Shown here: positions 32,970 to 46,459 of the stretch, piece after piece | How the letters are laid out: every line of letters starts with the position of its first letter | Position numbering within the stretch: the first letter of the stretch is position 1 | Assembly (NCBI RefSeq): GCF_032191835.1 | Contig: NC_083237.1 | Location: 18,228,001-18,292,000 of the forward strand | DNA length: 64,000 bases | Source of the DNA: Heteronotia binoei | Lineage: Eukaryota | Reading direction: 5' to 3' | Translations under genes and position numbers: made by a program | The notes under the pieces: model-generated | Seen by the model: only the letters and a program-made list of their open reading frames with translations | What the model was told of the DNA's origin: nothing | Database searches by the model: none

Positions 32970-35900
32970 TAATAATAATAATAATAATTTTTTATTTATA
33001 TCCCACCACCCCTGCCAAGGCAGGCTCAGGGCGGCTTACAAGACATGGTACATACCATGATATTACAATAAAATACAGTTAAATTACAAATTCATGAGTT
33101 TAAATTAAGTAAATAAGTTAAAACCAGTATAAATTAATGGTGCTATCCATATATAGAGATGGCTGGATGTCATTACCAAAATTCCACCTTAGAAGGCAAG
33201 TTGGAGGAGAACGGTTTTACAAGCCCTACAGAACTGGTTAAGGTCCCGCAGGGCTTGCACCTCCTCTGGCAGCTGATTCCACTATTGGGGAGCCATTATC
33301 GAGAAGGCCTGCTCCCTTATTGTTTTTAGCTTGGCCTCCCTTGGCCCAGGAATTTTTAGAAGATTTTGCGAACTAGATCTCAGTGCTCTCTGGGGAACAT
33401 ATGGAGAGAGGTGGTCCCTAAGGTAGGCAGGTCCTCAGCCATATAGGGCTTTAAAGATAATAACCAGCACCTTGTAACGAACTCGGTACACAATTGGCAG
33501 CCAGTGCAGTTCCCGTAGCCTAGGCCACACATGTTTCCACTGAGGTAGTTCCACTAACAGCCTGGCTGCTGCATTCTGCACTAGCTGCAGTTTCCGAGTT
33601 CGGTACAGGGGCAGCCCCATGTAGAGGGCATTACAGTAGTCCAGCCTCGAGGTGACCGTTGCATGGATCACTGTTGCCAGGTCGCTACATTCCAGGAAGG
33701 GGGCCAACTGCCTCGCCCTCCTAAGGTGGAAAAAGGCGGATTTAGCAGTGGCTGCTATCTGGGCCTCCATTGTCAAGGAAGGCTCCAGTAGCACTCCCAG
33801 GCTCTTGACCCTACGCACTGGTATCAGTGACGCACTGTCAAAGGTTGATAGGGAGATCTCCTCTCCCAGCCCGCTGCGACCTACGCAAAGGACCTCTGTC
33901 TTCGCTGGATTCAGCTTCAGTCCACTCAGCTTAAGCCAACCTAACATGGCTTGCAGCGCCCAGTCCAGATATATAGGGACATCGTCAGTCCAGCCGCCCA
34001 TCAATAGATAGAGCTGGGTGTCATCAGCGTACTGATGGCAACCCAGCCCATGCCTCCGGGCAATCTGGGCAAGAGGGCACATGTAGATGTTAAACAACAT
34101 CAGGGAGAGAACTGCCCCCTGAGGCACCCCATAATTAAGTAGGTGTCTCTGGGACTGCTCTCCTCCAATTGCCACCCTTTGTCCCCAACCCTCAAAGAAG
34201 GAGGAAAGCCACTTTAAGGCTAGCCCCCAAATTCCTACGTCGGCGAGGCAGCAGGTCAGCTGCCGATGGTCGACCATATTGAACACAGCCAATAGGTCTA
34301 ACAACAGCAATACCGCCGAGCCACCTCGATCCAGAGGTCATCCATGAGGGCGACCAACACTGTCTCCATCCTGTGGCCCGGGCGGAAGCCGGACTGGTAT
34401 GGATCTAAGGTGGTAGCATCATCCAGAAAACCCTGTAACTGCAACGCCACACTCCTCTCTATCATTTTGCCCAAAAAGGGCAAATTTGAGACCGGCCAAT
34501 AGTGTGCCAATTCAGCCAGATCTGATGTAACCTTTTTCAGGAGAGGGTGGACCACTGCCTCTTTCAGGGGTGTTGGAAAAGAACCCTCCGAAAGAGATCT
34601 ATTTATGATGTCCCGTATAGGACATCTTAGCTCCTCCTGGCAAGCCTTAATTAGCCAGGAGGGGCATGGGTCCAGATCACAAGTAGTTGGATGTGCAGTG
34701 GCAAGGATTCTGTCGACTTCCTCCAAGCTGAGTGGGTCGAAACAGTCCAGGATCAAACCAGAAGACACGCACGGGGCCTCGAGTTCACTTACTGTATCCA
34801 ATACGGCAGGGCAGTCGTGGCGGAGCGACTGGACCTTATCTGCAAAATTTTTTGCAAAAGCCTCACAGCCAGTCTCCAATTCCATAATGTTTGGCTTGCC
34901 TTGTGGCAATGTAGTAAAATTCTGGATTATCCTAAACAATCGTGCCGGGCGCGAATTTGCAGAAGCAATCTTAGCCGCAAAGTATGTTTTCTTTGTGGCC
35001 TTGACTGCCATCTCATAGGACCTCATAAACTCCCTATAAGATGTTCTGGTCACTTTGTCACGAGTACACTGCCATTGCCTCTCTAGCTGTCTGAGACCTC
35101 GTTTCAGCTCGCATAGCTCCGGGGTGTACCACGGAGCCAGCCTAATCCAAGGTCATAGAGGGCGTCGAGGTGCGATCTCATCAATGGCCCTAGAGAGCCG
35201 GCTATTCCAGGTCTCAACCAGGCCATTGAGAGAATCGGCAGAGGGCCAAGGATCCTGCAGAGCCATTTGGAACCGTTCCGGGTCCATCTGGCTCCGCGGG
35301 CGAGCCATAATAAGCTCGTCGCCTAAACAGGTTTGGGGTGGAATATCTACATGAGCCCTAAGGGTGAGGTGGTCCGACAATGGCACCGCTTCAGCAGTTA
35401 TATCATCCACCATAACCCTGGCTGCAAAGATCAAGTCTAACATGTGCCTGGCCTGGTGAGTGGGGGCTGTGACAAATTGAGAGAGTTCTAGTGTCGCCAT
35501 GGATGACACTAGGTCCGTCGCCTGACTAGAGGCCGGGTCGTCAGCATGGACGTTGAAGTCACCCAGGATTACCAGCCTTGGATGCTCCAATGCCCAGCCA
35601 GTCGCCGCCTCGAGTAGGGATGGTAAGACGCTGGCTGGTGCGTTAAGCATACGGTACACCAGTCAGATTGCCAACCCCTCTCCAGCCTCCCACGCCAGAC
35701 CGGCACATTCAATACTCTCGATCCTTGGAGCCAGGAGCACCCTAAAGGAGTAAGCCTCTCGTATAAATAGCACCACTCCTCCCCCCCCTCCCACTAGTCT
35801 GCAATTGGTGAAAGACTGAATAACCCGGGAGAGCTGTTTGTGAGAGGGCCACTGTATCTCCCTCTCAGACCCAGGTTTCAGTCACGCAAGCCAGGTCCAT

Positions 35901-37035
35901 GTCCTGTTCCAGTAAAAACTCTCGAAGAACTGAGGTCTTATTATTAATGGACCTGGCATAGCATAACACCAATGACGGAGGTGAGTTATTCAACCTGACC
36001 CTACTACCTGTCACCCTTGGGATGGGACACAGACTGGAGGGTGATCGAGCACTAACTTGTCTTGGTCTCCCTCCCTTATATCGTCTGTTTCCACCGCCAT
36101 ACCTCCCCCTCCCCAGGAGCACTGGAATCCCTAGGCCAGTCATCCCCTCTAGTAGCAGCCGCTATCTTAGCCACTACCAATGCACAGCTATCACTGATAC
36201 TCCCCAATCCACTCTGCCCCACTAGATCCCAATATTCAAATCAACCCAATAAAACCCAACCCTCAATCTCCCTTGTATATTAATTGGTAAAACAAATAAT
36301 TTAGATCTGATGACAATAATTAATTGTAAGTCCCACCCTATTAATCACCCTCAAATTAATTTGCCAAAATTTATACAATTCAAACCCAATATATACAATA
36401 AACTAATCAAAATGAGTTAATTGATAAAAATTCAATTTTAAGCTAGTCAAACTAATCAAAATGAGTTAATTGATAAAAATTCAATTTTAAGCTAGTAGTT
36501 CATGAGTGGGTGGAGGTAAGATGTTGTTAAAGTGCAATTGTGCTAATTAATATAAGTTCTTCCAAATTTAAGTAAGTGCAAAGTAGGGTACCGAGAGTGG
36601 TATAATGCGAGGTAGGATGTTAAGAATAGTAAAGTGCAAAGTCAAGCACCGGCGTTGAGGCAGTGCTGTACCAGATGTAACGCTGAGAGCAGCAGTCACG
36701 CTACCGGGTGCAGGATCCAACTGCCAAGGGTCCAGGTCCGGTACTTTCCACGTAACCTGGAGAGCCCGGGGAGGGCAAAGACCCCCCTCGTGCTCCCCCA
36801 TCACGTAGTAAAGCTCCACCGTTCAACTTGTGGAGTTAACTGGTTCATTTAGGGCCCCTGCTTCGCCCGTGCACCTGGCTGCTTTTAAGGTCGTCGTCAT
36901 AAGCCTTCCTCCTCACTAGCGGCACCCCAGTCGTTGCCCGCCATCACCACCAGGCTTCCCCTGACGGTGCGCTCCTCCTAGCGCCCAGCCACGTCAGCAG
37001 CTCAGCACCCCACTCGCCGCGCCCGTTGTGCAGGC
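32970..37035 (-). mobile_element. L2-clade LINE, apparently full length (~4.07 kb), EN+RT with stops and frameshifts
   Basis: EN: ARSINNKT/VTETW and ILGDFNVH. RT: QSGFRPGH, GVPQG, YADDTQLY, LKLNPAKTEVL, RLDYCNAL, LQLVQNAAARL. (TTA)n 3' tail at 32970-32990; gttaa duplicated at 32965/37036; empty site at 22832. Confidence 0.92.
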
Positions 37036-39105
37036 GTTAAGGGAGGATAGATGATACAATAACCCCCAGGGCTTTCTTTGTAGAAAAAGCCCAGCAGAGA
37101 CTCATTTGCATATTAGGCCACGCCCCCTGGCATCACCATTGTTTCACACAGGGCTTTTTGTGGGAAAAGCTCAGCAGAACCTTATTTGCATATTAGACCA
37201 CACCCCCTTATGCGGAGCCAGCTGGGACTGCGTTCCTGTGAGTTCCTGCTCAAAAAAACGCCCTGATAATCCCGATATACAGTGGGGATTTTTTGAGCAG
37301 GATGACACAGGAATGCAGTTCCGGCTGGCTTAGTGTCAGAGGGTGTGGCCAAATATGCAAATAAGTTCCTGCTACAGGGGGGGAAACCCTGTGTAGAACA
37401 ATGGTGATGTCTGGAGGTGTGGCCTAATATGCTAATATGTTAATGATGGGCTTTTCTACAAAAAAAAGCCCTGCTTGTATATTATAGAATGCACACAGTA
37501 ATGAAGATGATCTGTTGCTTTTTTCGTGATCAGCCACAACTGCATGATTTTTGTGCCATCGCTGAAATACAATAAAATCCAATGAGATGCAAAACCACCA
37601 CCCCGTTTTTGTTTTCACAGAATGTCTGGCACTCATGCATCCTAAGCAGTGGCTGAGCTCCCATCAGAATTCAGAGCTAGTGTCTGAAAACTGTTCGGTC
37701 TTTCAAAAACAATCAGAAAATAACTCTGCCCTTTTGGAGCTCAGATTCAGAAGAAGAAGAAGATGATGATATTGGATTTAGATCCCACCATCCACTCCAA
37801 AGAGTCTCAGAATGGCTCACAATCTCCTTTACCTTCCTCCCCCACAACAGACACCCTGTGAGGTGGGTGGGGCTGGAGAGGGCTCTCACAGCAGCTGCCC
37901 TTTCAAGGACAACCTCTGCCAGAACTATGACTGACCCAAGGCCATTCCAGCAGGTGCAAGTGGAGGAGTGGGGAATCAAACCAGATAAGAGTCCGCACAC
38001 TTAACCACTACACCAAACCGGCTCTTCAGCATCACAGACTCCTGTTGGCCCCTTTCCCACTAGCACACCACAAATATGAGAATGCCTGGTTGCTTCTTTG
38101 TAGGACCTCTTTTGAGCCAGAGGGGATGGAAAGAGCAGGTATGGTCTATCACAGCGGAAGAGGCAGGGTCACCAATTCCCAGGTGAGGGTGCGGTCTATT
38201 ATTCCATATGGAGACCAATTCCCTTAGAGTATAATGGAGAATTGATCTGCGGGTATCTGAGACCCGGGGGGGGGGGGTGTTTTTTCAGCATGACATCTCT
38301 TCAAAACACCCTCCAAGTTTCAAAAAGATTGGACCGGATGGGTCCAGTTCTAGGAGTCCCCAAAGAAGGTGCCCCTATCCTTCATTATTTCCAAGGGAGG
38401 GAAGGCATTTATAAGGTGTGCAGTGTGATGGCCAGAACTCCCTTTGGTGTTCAATTATGCCTTTCACACCCCTGCTCCTGGCTCCACCCCCAAAGTCCCC
38501 AGATGTTTCTTGAATTGGACCTAGCAATCCTAGGGAGAGCGATCACTAGGAGGGATGGCATTAACCAAACATGGCCCCAGCTGAAGGAAAGGGCAATGGT
38601 CTGGCAAACAAAGCTTGTCGTGAATTCATCTATAGACTTAGAAGGCAGCCTTAAGCCTTCATGTACTTTGCCCTATGCAAGAATGGTGAGGGCCTCGGAA
38701 TGTTCTGCCCTTTCACCTCCTTCCTGGAATACACATTTGGGGCAGACAGCTAAGATAAACATCTGTTTCCTTACTCTGTATACGTCTAGTAAATGATTGT
38801 GTAGAGCAGAATGTATATAATAAAACACCGCCACTGTCAAGAAAACAGACAGACTGGACAGACTGGTGTGAGAACATCAACCCTGAGTTGTGTGACATTC
38901 CCACACCCAGCCTCAGCTGCTGTGCACCCACAGTGCCTGGATAACGCCCTGGTTGAGGTTATGGAGTTCCCCATGCCCAGATCAAGTACAGTTACCAATC
39001 TCCTGGTGAATGCTGGAGATCTCCCAGAATTACAGCTGATCTCCAAACTACCAAAATCTGTTCCCCTAGAGAAAATGGCTGCTTTGGAGGGTGGATGTGT
39101 AGTGG

Positions 39106-42100
39106 AAGGGTACGAGGTCCCCTGTCTCGGGTGGTTCCCTGGGACCCGCAGGTTTTCCCCATATGTTTATTTCTGGTGGTATTGTTCACCTTACTTGCTA
39201 AGGGATCTGTCCTCCTGCACATGCCTTTCCATCTCGCATACAAACATAACTTGTTTGCAGGAGGAACAGAGAAAGGGGAAGGGGGGGAGGGGGGAGGGAA
39301 CATGGTGCATTCATTGTTGTTACCTTCACTATAGTGTTAACTATGCTAGCTACTGTTCAACTTGTTACTTTGGTATGCCATCTGCTGTTCAAGTAATGTC
39401 ATTACACGGCTGTCTGTATGCTCTCTCTAAACTCCTTTTTCTTTTTAGCTCTTGTTTGTTTGACATGGCACTAATGCACTTTGATCGCTTTAGAGGTGGT
39501 ATGTGTATGCTTTCATGCCCCATAGCTTTGTCTTTTGGATCATGGGTCCTTCCACCCTTAGGTTCGCCGCATTTCTTTTTTAAAAGCCAGTCAAGTGGAC
39601 ATAAGTCACCGCAACACTTTGGCCCACTCCTCGTGATTTATATATTTCTAGCACCCTGTCACGTAACCATCGCAGTCTTATTTCTGGGCATCATTTTACT
39701 TATATTTGCATACTCATCATTTTACTGTGCTGCTATGGGGTCCTATGCAGCACTTTCTTGCCATAGACCTCATGCTCCACTCCTACATTACCTTTGTCTT
39801 GTCTCTTATCCTCAATGGGAGATTTCTCCCACCATCTACTTACTTTGGTCTAAATGGCTCCAGATCTAAAGGTTCTTTCACTGAACTGTCGAGGGCTTAA
39901 TAGCAAAATTAAATCTAGACGAATCCTCTCAGGCCTGAAGAAGCAGGCTCTAGATATTATTCTTTTGCAAGAGACGCACCTAAGAAATGACACTAATCTC
40001 TTATTTCACTCCGCTGACTTTCCCCTGACCTTTACCGCTCCTGGCTCCTCACATGCTAGAGGAGTCGCTATTCTATTCTCATGCTCAGTTCAATTCTCTT
40101 GTCTGGCCACTGAAAAGGATGATTGTGGTAGATTTCTATTTGTTAAAGGTAGGCTTAACGAAGAAGTCATAACCCTGGCTGCTGTTTATGCACCTAATTC
40201 GGGACAGCTGGACTTCATTCGCGAGGCTATGTCCAAACTAAGAGCTTTCCAGGAAGGCCCTCTAATTATCGGGGCTGACTTTAATTTCCTTATGGACACC
40301 CGGCTAGATAAAAAAACCAATCGCCTGCCTCCTCATCTCCTCCCCAGCCAGTGCCCCTCGCCCTCAGGTCTGCAAAAAATAATGTCGGATATGGGACTTA
40401 CGGATTCCTGGAGGTTTCTTCATCAAAATGAACGAGACTTTACTTATTTCTCATCACAGCATCAAACCCACACGCGCATCGATTATATCTTTATTTCCAA
40501 CTCTCTTTGCAACACTCTTGTAGACGCTTCCATTGAATCGAAACTTTGGTCTGACCATGCGCCAGTTCTCTGCACTATAAGGGCAACTGAGCAATATGAC
40601 CGTAGCTTCTCATGGAGACTTGACAATTATTTATTATTAGATAAGGAACTTTCCAACCAAATTGAACGCGAAATTAACGAATTTTTCAGTCATAACCTTT
40701 CTGGTGACACTCCCGCCCAAACAGTCTGGGATGCTTGCAAAGCTGTCCTAAGAGGTAAGATTATTGCATTGACCGCGGCCCAGAGAAAGAAAAAGCAACA
40801 TCTTATTACTGCCCTGACCACGAAAATCAGAGATCTTGAATTTCAACACAAACATACATGCAACAAAAAAGTTTATCAACACTTGCAAGAGGAAAGAAAG
40901 AGATTAGAAGCCTTAGAAACGCAAAAAATCAAACGCAATTTGCTATTTACTAAACAGGCATATTGCTATCGAAGCCCTAAATTTCACAGGCTCCTGGCAT
41001 GGAAAGCCAAACAACAAGCTGCCAACCTGAATGTAAAAGGTCTCGGAGACTGCAAAGGTACTTTATGCACTTCTTCTAAATCTATTTTAGCTGCCTTTAG
41101 CCAATTTTACTCCTCTTTATACCAATCCAAAAACCCATCACCGGACCTAATCTCTAATTTCTTTCAATCTATCACTTCTCTTCCCACTTTGTCAGAAACT
41201 CACAGAAAGTACCTTGACCACCCATTGATGAGCTGGAACTTGCTGCAGCCATCAAGTCATTGCGCACTAACAAATCTCCGGGTCTTGATGGCTTCACCTC
41301 TGAATTCTACAAAGCTTATAGTTCCTCACTATCCTCGTATTTATTAACTCTTTTTAATCATATTCTTGACTCTGGCTCTATCCCCCAGTCCTGGAGTCTT
41401 GCCAAGATTATTGTTTTGCATAAGAAGGAAAGAGATGAACTAGACCCCAAATCCTATCGACCAATATCACTCTTAAACACTGACTACAAGCTCTTTGCCA
41501 GCATTCTAACTAAGCGATTAAATAGTTTTATAGAAAAGTATATTGCCCCAGATCAGGCAGGTTTCATCCCTGGTCGTGATCTAACTGATGTCAATCAAAA
41601 AACATTGAACCTGATCTATCACTGTACTTCCAAGGCCGTTCGAGATGCCTGTATTCTATCCATAGACATAGAGAAAGCCTTTGACTCGGTCGAACCTCTT
41701 TATTTGCACTCTTTGCTCGAAAGAATGGATTTTGGTCCTAAATTTCGCAATCTTATAGATTCCTTTTATTTCTCCCCTTCAGCGCTACTTCGGATTAACA
41801 ACTTAAACTCAGCTATCTTCAACTTGTCTAGAGGCACTCGACAAGGGTGCCCTCTCTCACCCCTTTTATTTGCTCTTGCAATTGAGCCTCTTGCCATCAA
41901 AATCAGGAATGATACTCGCATTCAGGGTGTCCCTGTGGAGACCGAAGTTTTTAAGGTAAGTCTCTTCGCGGATGACATAACTTTGTATCTTACTAATCCC
42001 TCCTCGTCACTTCCAGCAATTCATTCTCACCTCTCTGAATTTGCCAATGCTTCAGGCCTTACCATAAACTTTGATAAATCTCTCTTGCATTCTATTACTC

Positions 42101-43861
42101 TATCCCCAGCCTCCATCTCCTTTATCAGAAAGCACTATCGCTATAAGTGGGTTAACAAATCTTGGAAACACCTTGGCGTTCACGTCCCACTTGACTTTAA
42201 TACTCTCCCAGCTGTCAATCAGGTGGAAATCTCCAAATCTATCAAGTCAATCCTAACCTACTCCGGAAAACAACAATTTTTCACCCTTTTGGAACGCATT
42301 TACTTAATTAAATCTTTGATCCTTCCCAAGATAGTGTTCTACTTACGCACTGTCCCTCTGTGTGTCCCGGCCTCCTTGCTACATAAGTGGCAATCCCAAA
42401 TAAATGAATTCATTTGGCAACATCGGAAACCAAGGCTCAACTTTGCATCGAGCAGACGGTCTATTTCAATGGGTGGACTGGGGATCCCAGATATTTTTAG
42501 ATACCATGACGCTATTATTCTTTCTAACTTGGTGAAATATTATAGGTCCTCTTATGTGGCAGACTGGAAGTTGATCGAAAATTCTTTTCTTAAGGCCCTT
42601 CTTTTCAAGAAGAGCTCTGGAATGTTCCCAAACGAGTTAAATCTTCTCTTTCTCCAAATCCTTTTTTAGCTTCCTTATTGCAGGTTTGGCGTAAACATCA
42701 TATTAAGATAGCTCCTCCAACCTCTCCCTTAACCACGTTTGTTGGTCAGCACTGGTTTGCTCCGGGACTGTGTAAAAACTCATTTGTGAAATGGAGACGA
42801 TTGGGGCTGACTCGCTTTGTCGATGTCCTTCTTAATGGGGTAGTAAACGACAAAGGGACTCTGGAGGCTGACTCCGACCTTTGGCTCCCCTGGTGGGGTT
42901 TGAGTATCTTCAACTTCGGCATTTACTTGACTCGCATCTCTTTACCCCTCCTTTACACATTCAACTTACTGATTTTGAAAAGATTTTATTTTGTGACTCA
43001 ATCCCGATCAAAGGATTGATATCAAAGATTTATAAAATACTACTCCGCCCCCTTAACGCAGTGCCACACTCTTACCAAGGTGCCTGGGTCCGAGACCTGC
43101 ACATGGAGCTAACTGAGGAGCAGTGGCAGGCTATTTGGTGTTCTTCCATATACAAAACAAAAGCAATGAACGTTCAACTTCAAGCCTTAAAAGTCCTTAC
43201 GCGATGGTACAAAACTCCAGTGCAGTTAGCACACTCATCCCTATCTCGCCTTTCTGTTTTAAGAATTGTGGCCAGAAGGGCACATTTTTTCACTCTTGGT
43301 GGCTATGCCCAGTCATAAATAGCTTTTGGAGGCAAATCTACCAAGAAGTACTAGCTCTCACTTCACACTCTCCACCATTTACGCCTGAATACGCTCTTTT
43401 GAATCTTATAGGCACCTCAAACACTTCCGAACCTGTAGAGGAATTGATCTCACATATGTTTGTGGCTGCTAAATTTGCAATAGCCCTAGTCTGGAAGCAG
43501 CAATCTCCGCCCTCACGACGGACTTGGTGGTTGAAATTGTGGGATTATTTTGTTTTGGATAAGCTTACTTATGATTTAGACCCCCATCGTTCTCAACAAA
43601 TTGCTTCCCTGAGTTTTATAGAAAAATGGCGTCCCTTTATAGACAAAGTGTTAGCTGATAACAATATTCCTAGTAACTCATACCATGCTATACTGATGTC
43701 ATGTCAATTGTTGTAATTTTGCTCTAAGATGGCCTATGGTGCACGCACCTACTTCCCTGTTCTGTATTGGTACTTGGTGCACACTTACTGATTTGTTGAT
43801 GTATTTGTACCATGTTTCTCAATTCAATAAAGCATTTTAAAGATCTAAAAAAAAAAAAAAA
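39106..43861 (+). mobile_element. L1-clade LINE, 5'-truncated, ORF2 near complete with a few frameshifts, poly(A) tail
   Basis: EN: SLNCRGLN, LQETH, GADFN, RIDYIF, SDHAPV. RT: KSPGLDG, YRPISLLN, DIEKAFD, RGTRQGCPLSP, FADDI. C-terminal C-x-C/H-W-W-C region. AATAAA at 43826 then A15. Confidence 0.95.
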
Positions 43862-45402
43862 GTGTGTGGATTCTTACCTGGGAGAACCGGGTTTGATTCC
43901 CCACTCCTCCACTTGCACCTGCTGGAATGGCCTTGGGTCAGCTGTGGCTTTCACAGGAGTTGTCCTTGAAAGGGCAGCTGCTGTAAAAGCTTTCTCAGCC
44001 CCACCCACCTCACAGGGTGTCTGTTGTGGGGGAGGAAGATAAAGGAGATTGTGACCGCTCTGGGATTCAGAGTGTAAAGCGGGATATAAATCCAATATCT
44101 TCTTCTACTACTACTTAAGTTGGATGAAGGCTCCTTGTTTTGGAAGAAATCTTCTGTGATTGGATGAAGGTCTTTCTCCAACTTAAGTAGCTCCAGAAAA
44201 GCAACTTGCTGAAGGAAGCCCTCTTAGATTGGTTGAAGGCTTGAAATGTGAGCCAGAAAGAAAGCTGAGGCATAAATACTTTAAATCAAGGGTGGCCAAT
44301 GGTAGCTCTACAGATTTTTTTTTTGCCTACAACTCCCATCAGCCCCAGACAGCATGGCTGATGGCTGGGCTGATGGGAGTTGTAGGCAAAAAACATCTGG
44401 AGAGCTACCGTTGGCCATCCCTGCTTTAAATAATCAATAGAATGTGATCAATGGAGTGGTAGGATAGTGGCATGATCCACCCCACTATATGCAGGGAAAG
44501 AGTCTTGAAACCATATTGTGATGGGGCTCCTTCCCTTGGGAGGAGCGTATACAGGACAGGGTAAATTTTATTTTGCAAATGGAATTTTCTTCTATCTCCC
44601 ATCCACAAAAGAATATCATCCCAAACCCATCCTTGCTTACAAATACATTTCAGCGCTCTTAATGGTCAGTGTGCAAAATACACAGAATTAATGCAAATAA
44701 TCATTAGTGGTGAAAACTGTTTATGTGTCATGGTGCTTGAGGGAGTCAGTCTGACTCAAGATAGCTGTTGTTTTCGTAGGTAATTGTGTCACTCTCCCAG
44801 GACACACTCTCTAGGGCCACTATATATTAAGAGTTACACGAAAGCTGTGATTGACATATATACCCATGCTTCCTCCCCATAGCCTAGCAGTGAAATTACC
44901 AGACGCTACCGTTAGACACAGGCTCAACACACAGAAAATCCTGATGCGGCGCTTGTGGTAAACCTTCTGATAGATGCAGCAGCATTTGGCAGAAATGGGA
45001 ACCGTTTCCTAAGTAAAGGAGGCTGAGGCCTAAATTCGTGCTGAGCCCACAATCAAGAGAAACAAGCTCTTCTACCAGAAAACCTTTATAGAGCATTGGT
45101 AAATTAGGGGAAACCAGTGTCAATGACTGAGTCTTTCACATATTCAAGAGTAAATGACATCACAGAAAATATATTTTTACTTGCTTTTTATATCTAGTCT
45201 TTTATGGGTAATCATAATAATAGCTCCTTGAAAGGAATAATCCCATGTTGTCTACTATGAAGTAAAGAATGGGTGAGGACTGCTTGCCCTTTCACCAATT
45301 CTATGTCTGCACAGCCTTTCTTTTTCAAGTGAAAGGGATAAATACATACACAGAGGATTCCTGATTACAGCAAGTGACTGCCTTTCTGTTGTCTGATTCC
45401 AC

Positions 45403-46353
45403 ATGGATCCAGCCAATGGGACCAGAGTGCAGGAATTCATTTTGCTGGGGTTTGGAGTCGGGCAGCAGAAGCGCTTCTGGCTGCTCGTCTTCTTCACCAT
45501 TCTCTATGTGTTCACTTTGGCTGAGAATGTCACCATCATCGTACTGGTGGTTCTAGATGCCCAGCTGGCCCGGCTTCCTATGTACATCTTGCTGAGCAAC
45601 TTCTCCTGGCTTGAGATGTGTTACGTGACTTCTACTGTGCCCCGGATGCTGTTTGACCTGGCATCTACCCAAGGGATCATCTCCTTCAACGCCTGCTTCC
45701 TACAGTTTTATATCTTCTTCTCTCTTGGGTGCATAGAATGTTTATTCCTCTCAGCCATGGCTTTGGACCGTTACTTGGCTATTTGCCACCCATTGCGCTA
45801 CCCACAGATTATGTCCCCCAATTTCTGCTATGCTCTGGTGGTCACCTGTTGGGTTCTTGGGTTCCTGTGGCATATTTTTCCAGTGGTCTTGCTATCCAAC
45901 TTGTCCTTCTGTGGCCCAAATGTAATTGATCACTTTCTGTGTGATCCTGGGCCTATTTTGTCGTTGGCCTGCCCTCCGGTAGGAAACTTCCCTGTCATTA
46001 GTCAAATTGTTGCAGACACCTCACTCATTCTGAGTAATTTCCTCTTTGTGGTGTTATCCTATGGTGCTGTGATTCTCACCCTGATGAAAACTTCCAGCCG
46101 AGGCAGTCGTATGAAGGCATTCTCTACCATATCTTTCCACTTGCTGGTGGTGATGATCTTCTATGGTCCTGTAGCTACGATGTACATGATTCCAGGCAGA
46201 GAAAGTCAGTCAGAGGTGGCTAAGTTAGTAACGGTGTTCTACACTGCTGTGACACCCTTTCTCAATCCTCTCATCTACAGTCTGAGGAATGATCAGGTGA
46301 AGGAGGCACTGTGGAGATTGAGAAAGAGAAAGATGAGAATATTGAGGAGATAG
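45403..46353 (+). CDS. Olfactory receptor, OR11-family-like, intact (316 aa); copy 2 of a duplicated pair
   Basis: Full OR motif set; protein identical to 26705-27655 over the first ~109 and last ~68 residues. Confidence 0.95.
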   Translation: MDPANGTRVQEFILLGFGVGQQKRFWLLVFFTILYVFTLAENVTIIVLVVLDAQLARLPMYILLSNFSWLEMCYVTSTVPRMLFDLASTQGIISFNACFLQFYIFFSLGCIECLFLSAMALDRYLAICHPLRYPQIMSPNFCYALVVTCWVLGFLWHIFPVVLLSNLSFCGPNVIDHFLCDPGPILSLACPPVGNFPVISQIVADTSLILSNFLFVVLSYGAVILTLMKTSSRGSRMKAFSTISFHLLVVMIFYGPVATMYMIPGRESQSEVAKLVTVFYTAVTPFLNPLIYSLRNDQVKEALWRLRKRKMRILRR

Positions 46354-46459
46354 GCTGGCCAGCCTCTGGGTGGGTGACTGGAGAAAAATCCAAGGTTTCC
46401 CTGATTACCAGTTTCAATCAAGTAAAAATATATAGTATATATTGAACACCCTAGATAAA

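Noticed and set aside
38811-39869. 352-aa ORF upstream of L1 ORF2 as an L1 ORF1 or a gene
   Set aside because: It spans a MITE, the deletion junction and the L1 spacer; no coiled-coil/RRM character; chance open frame.
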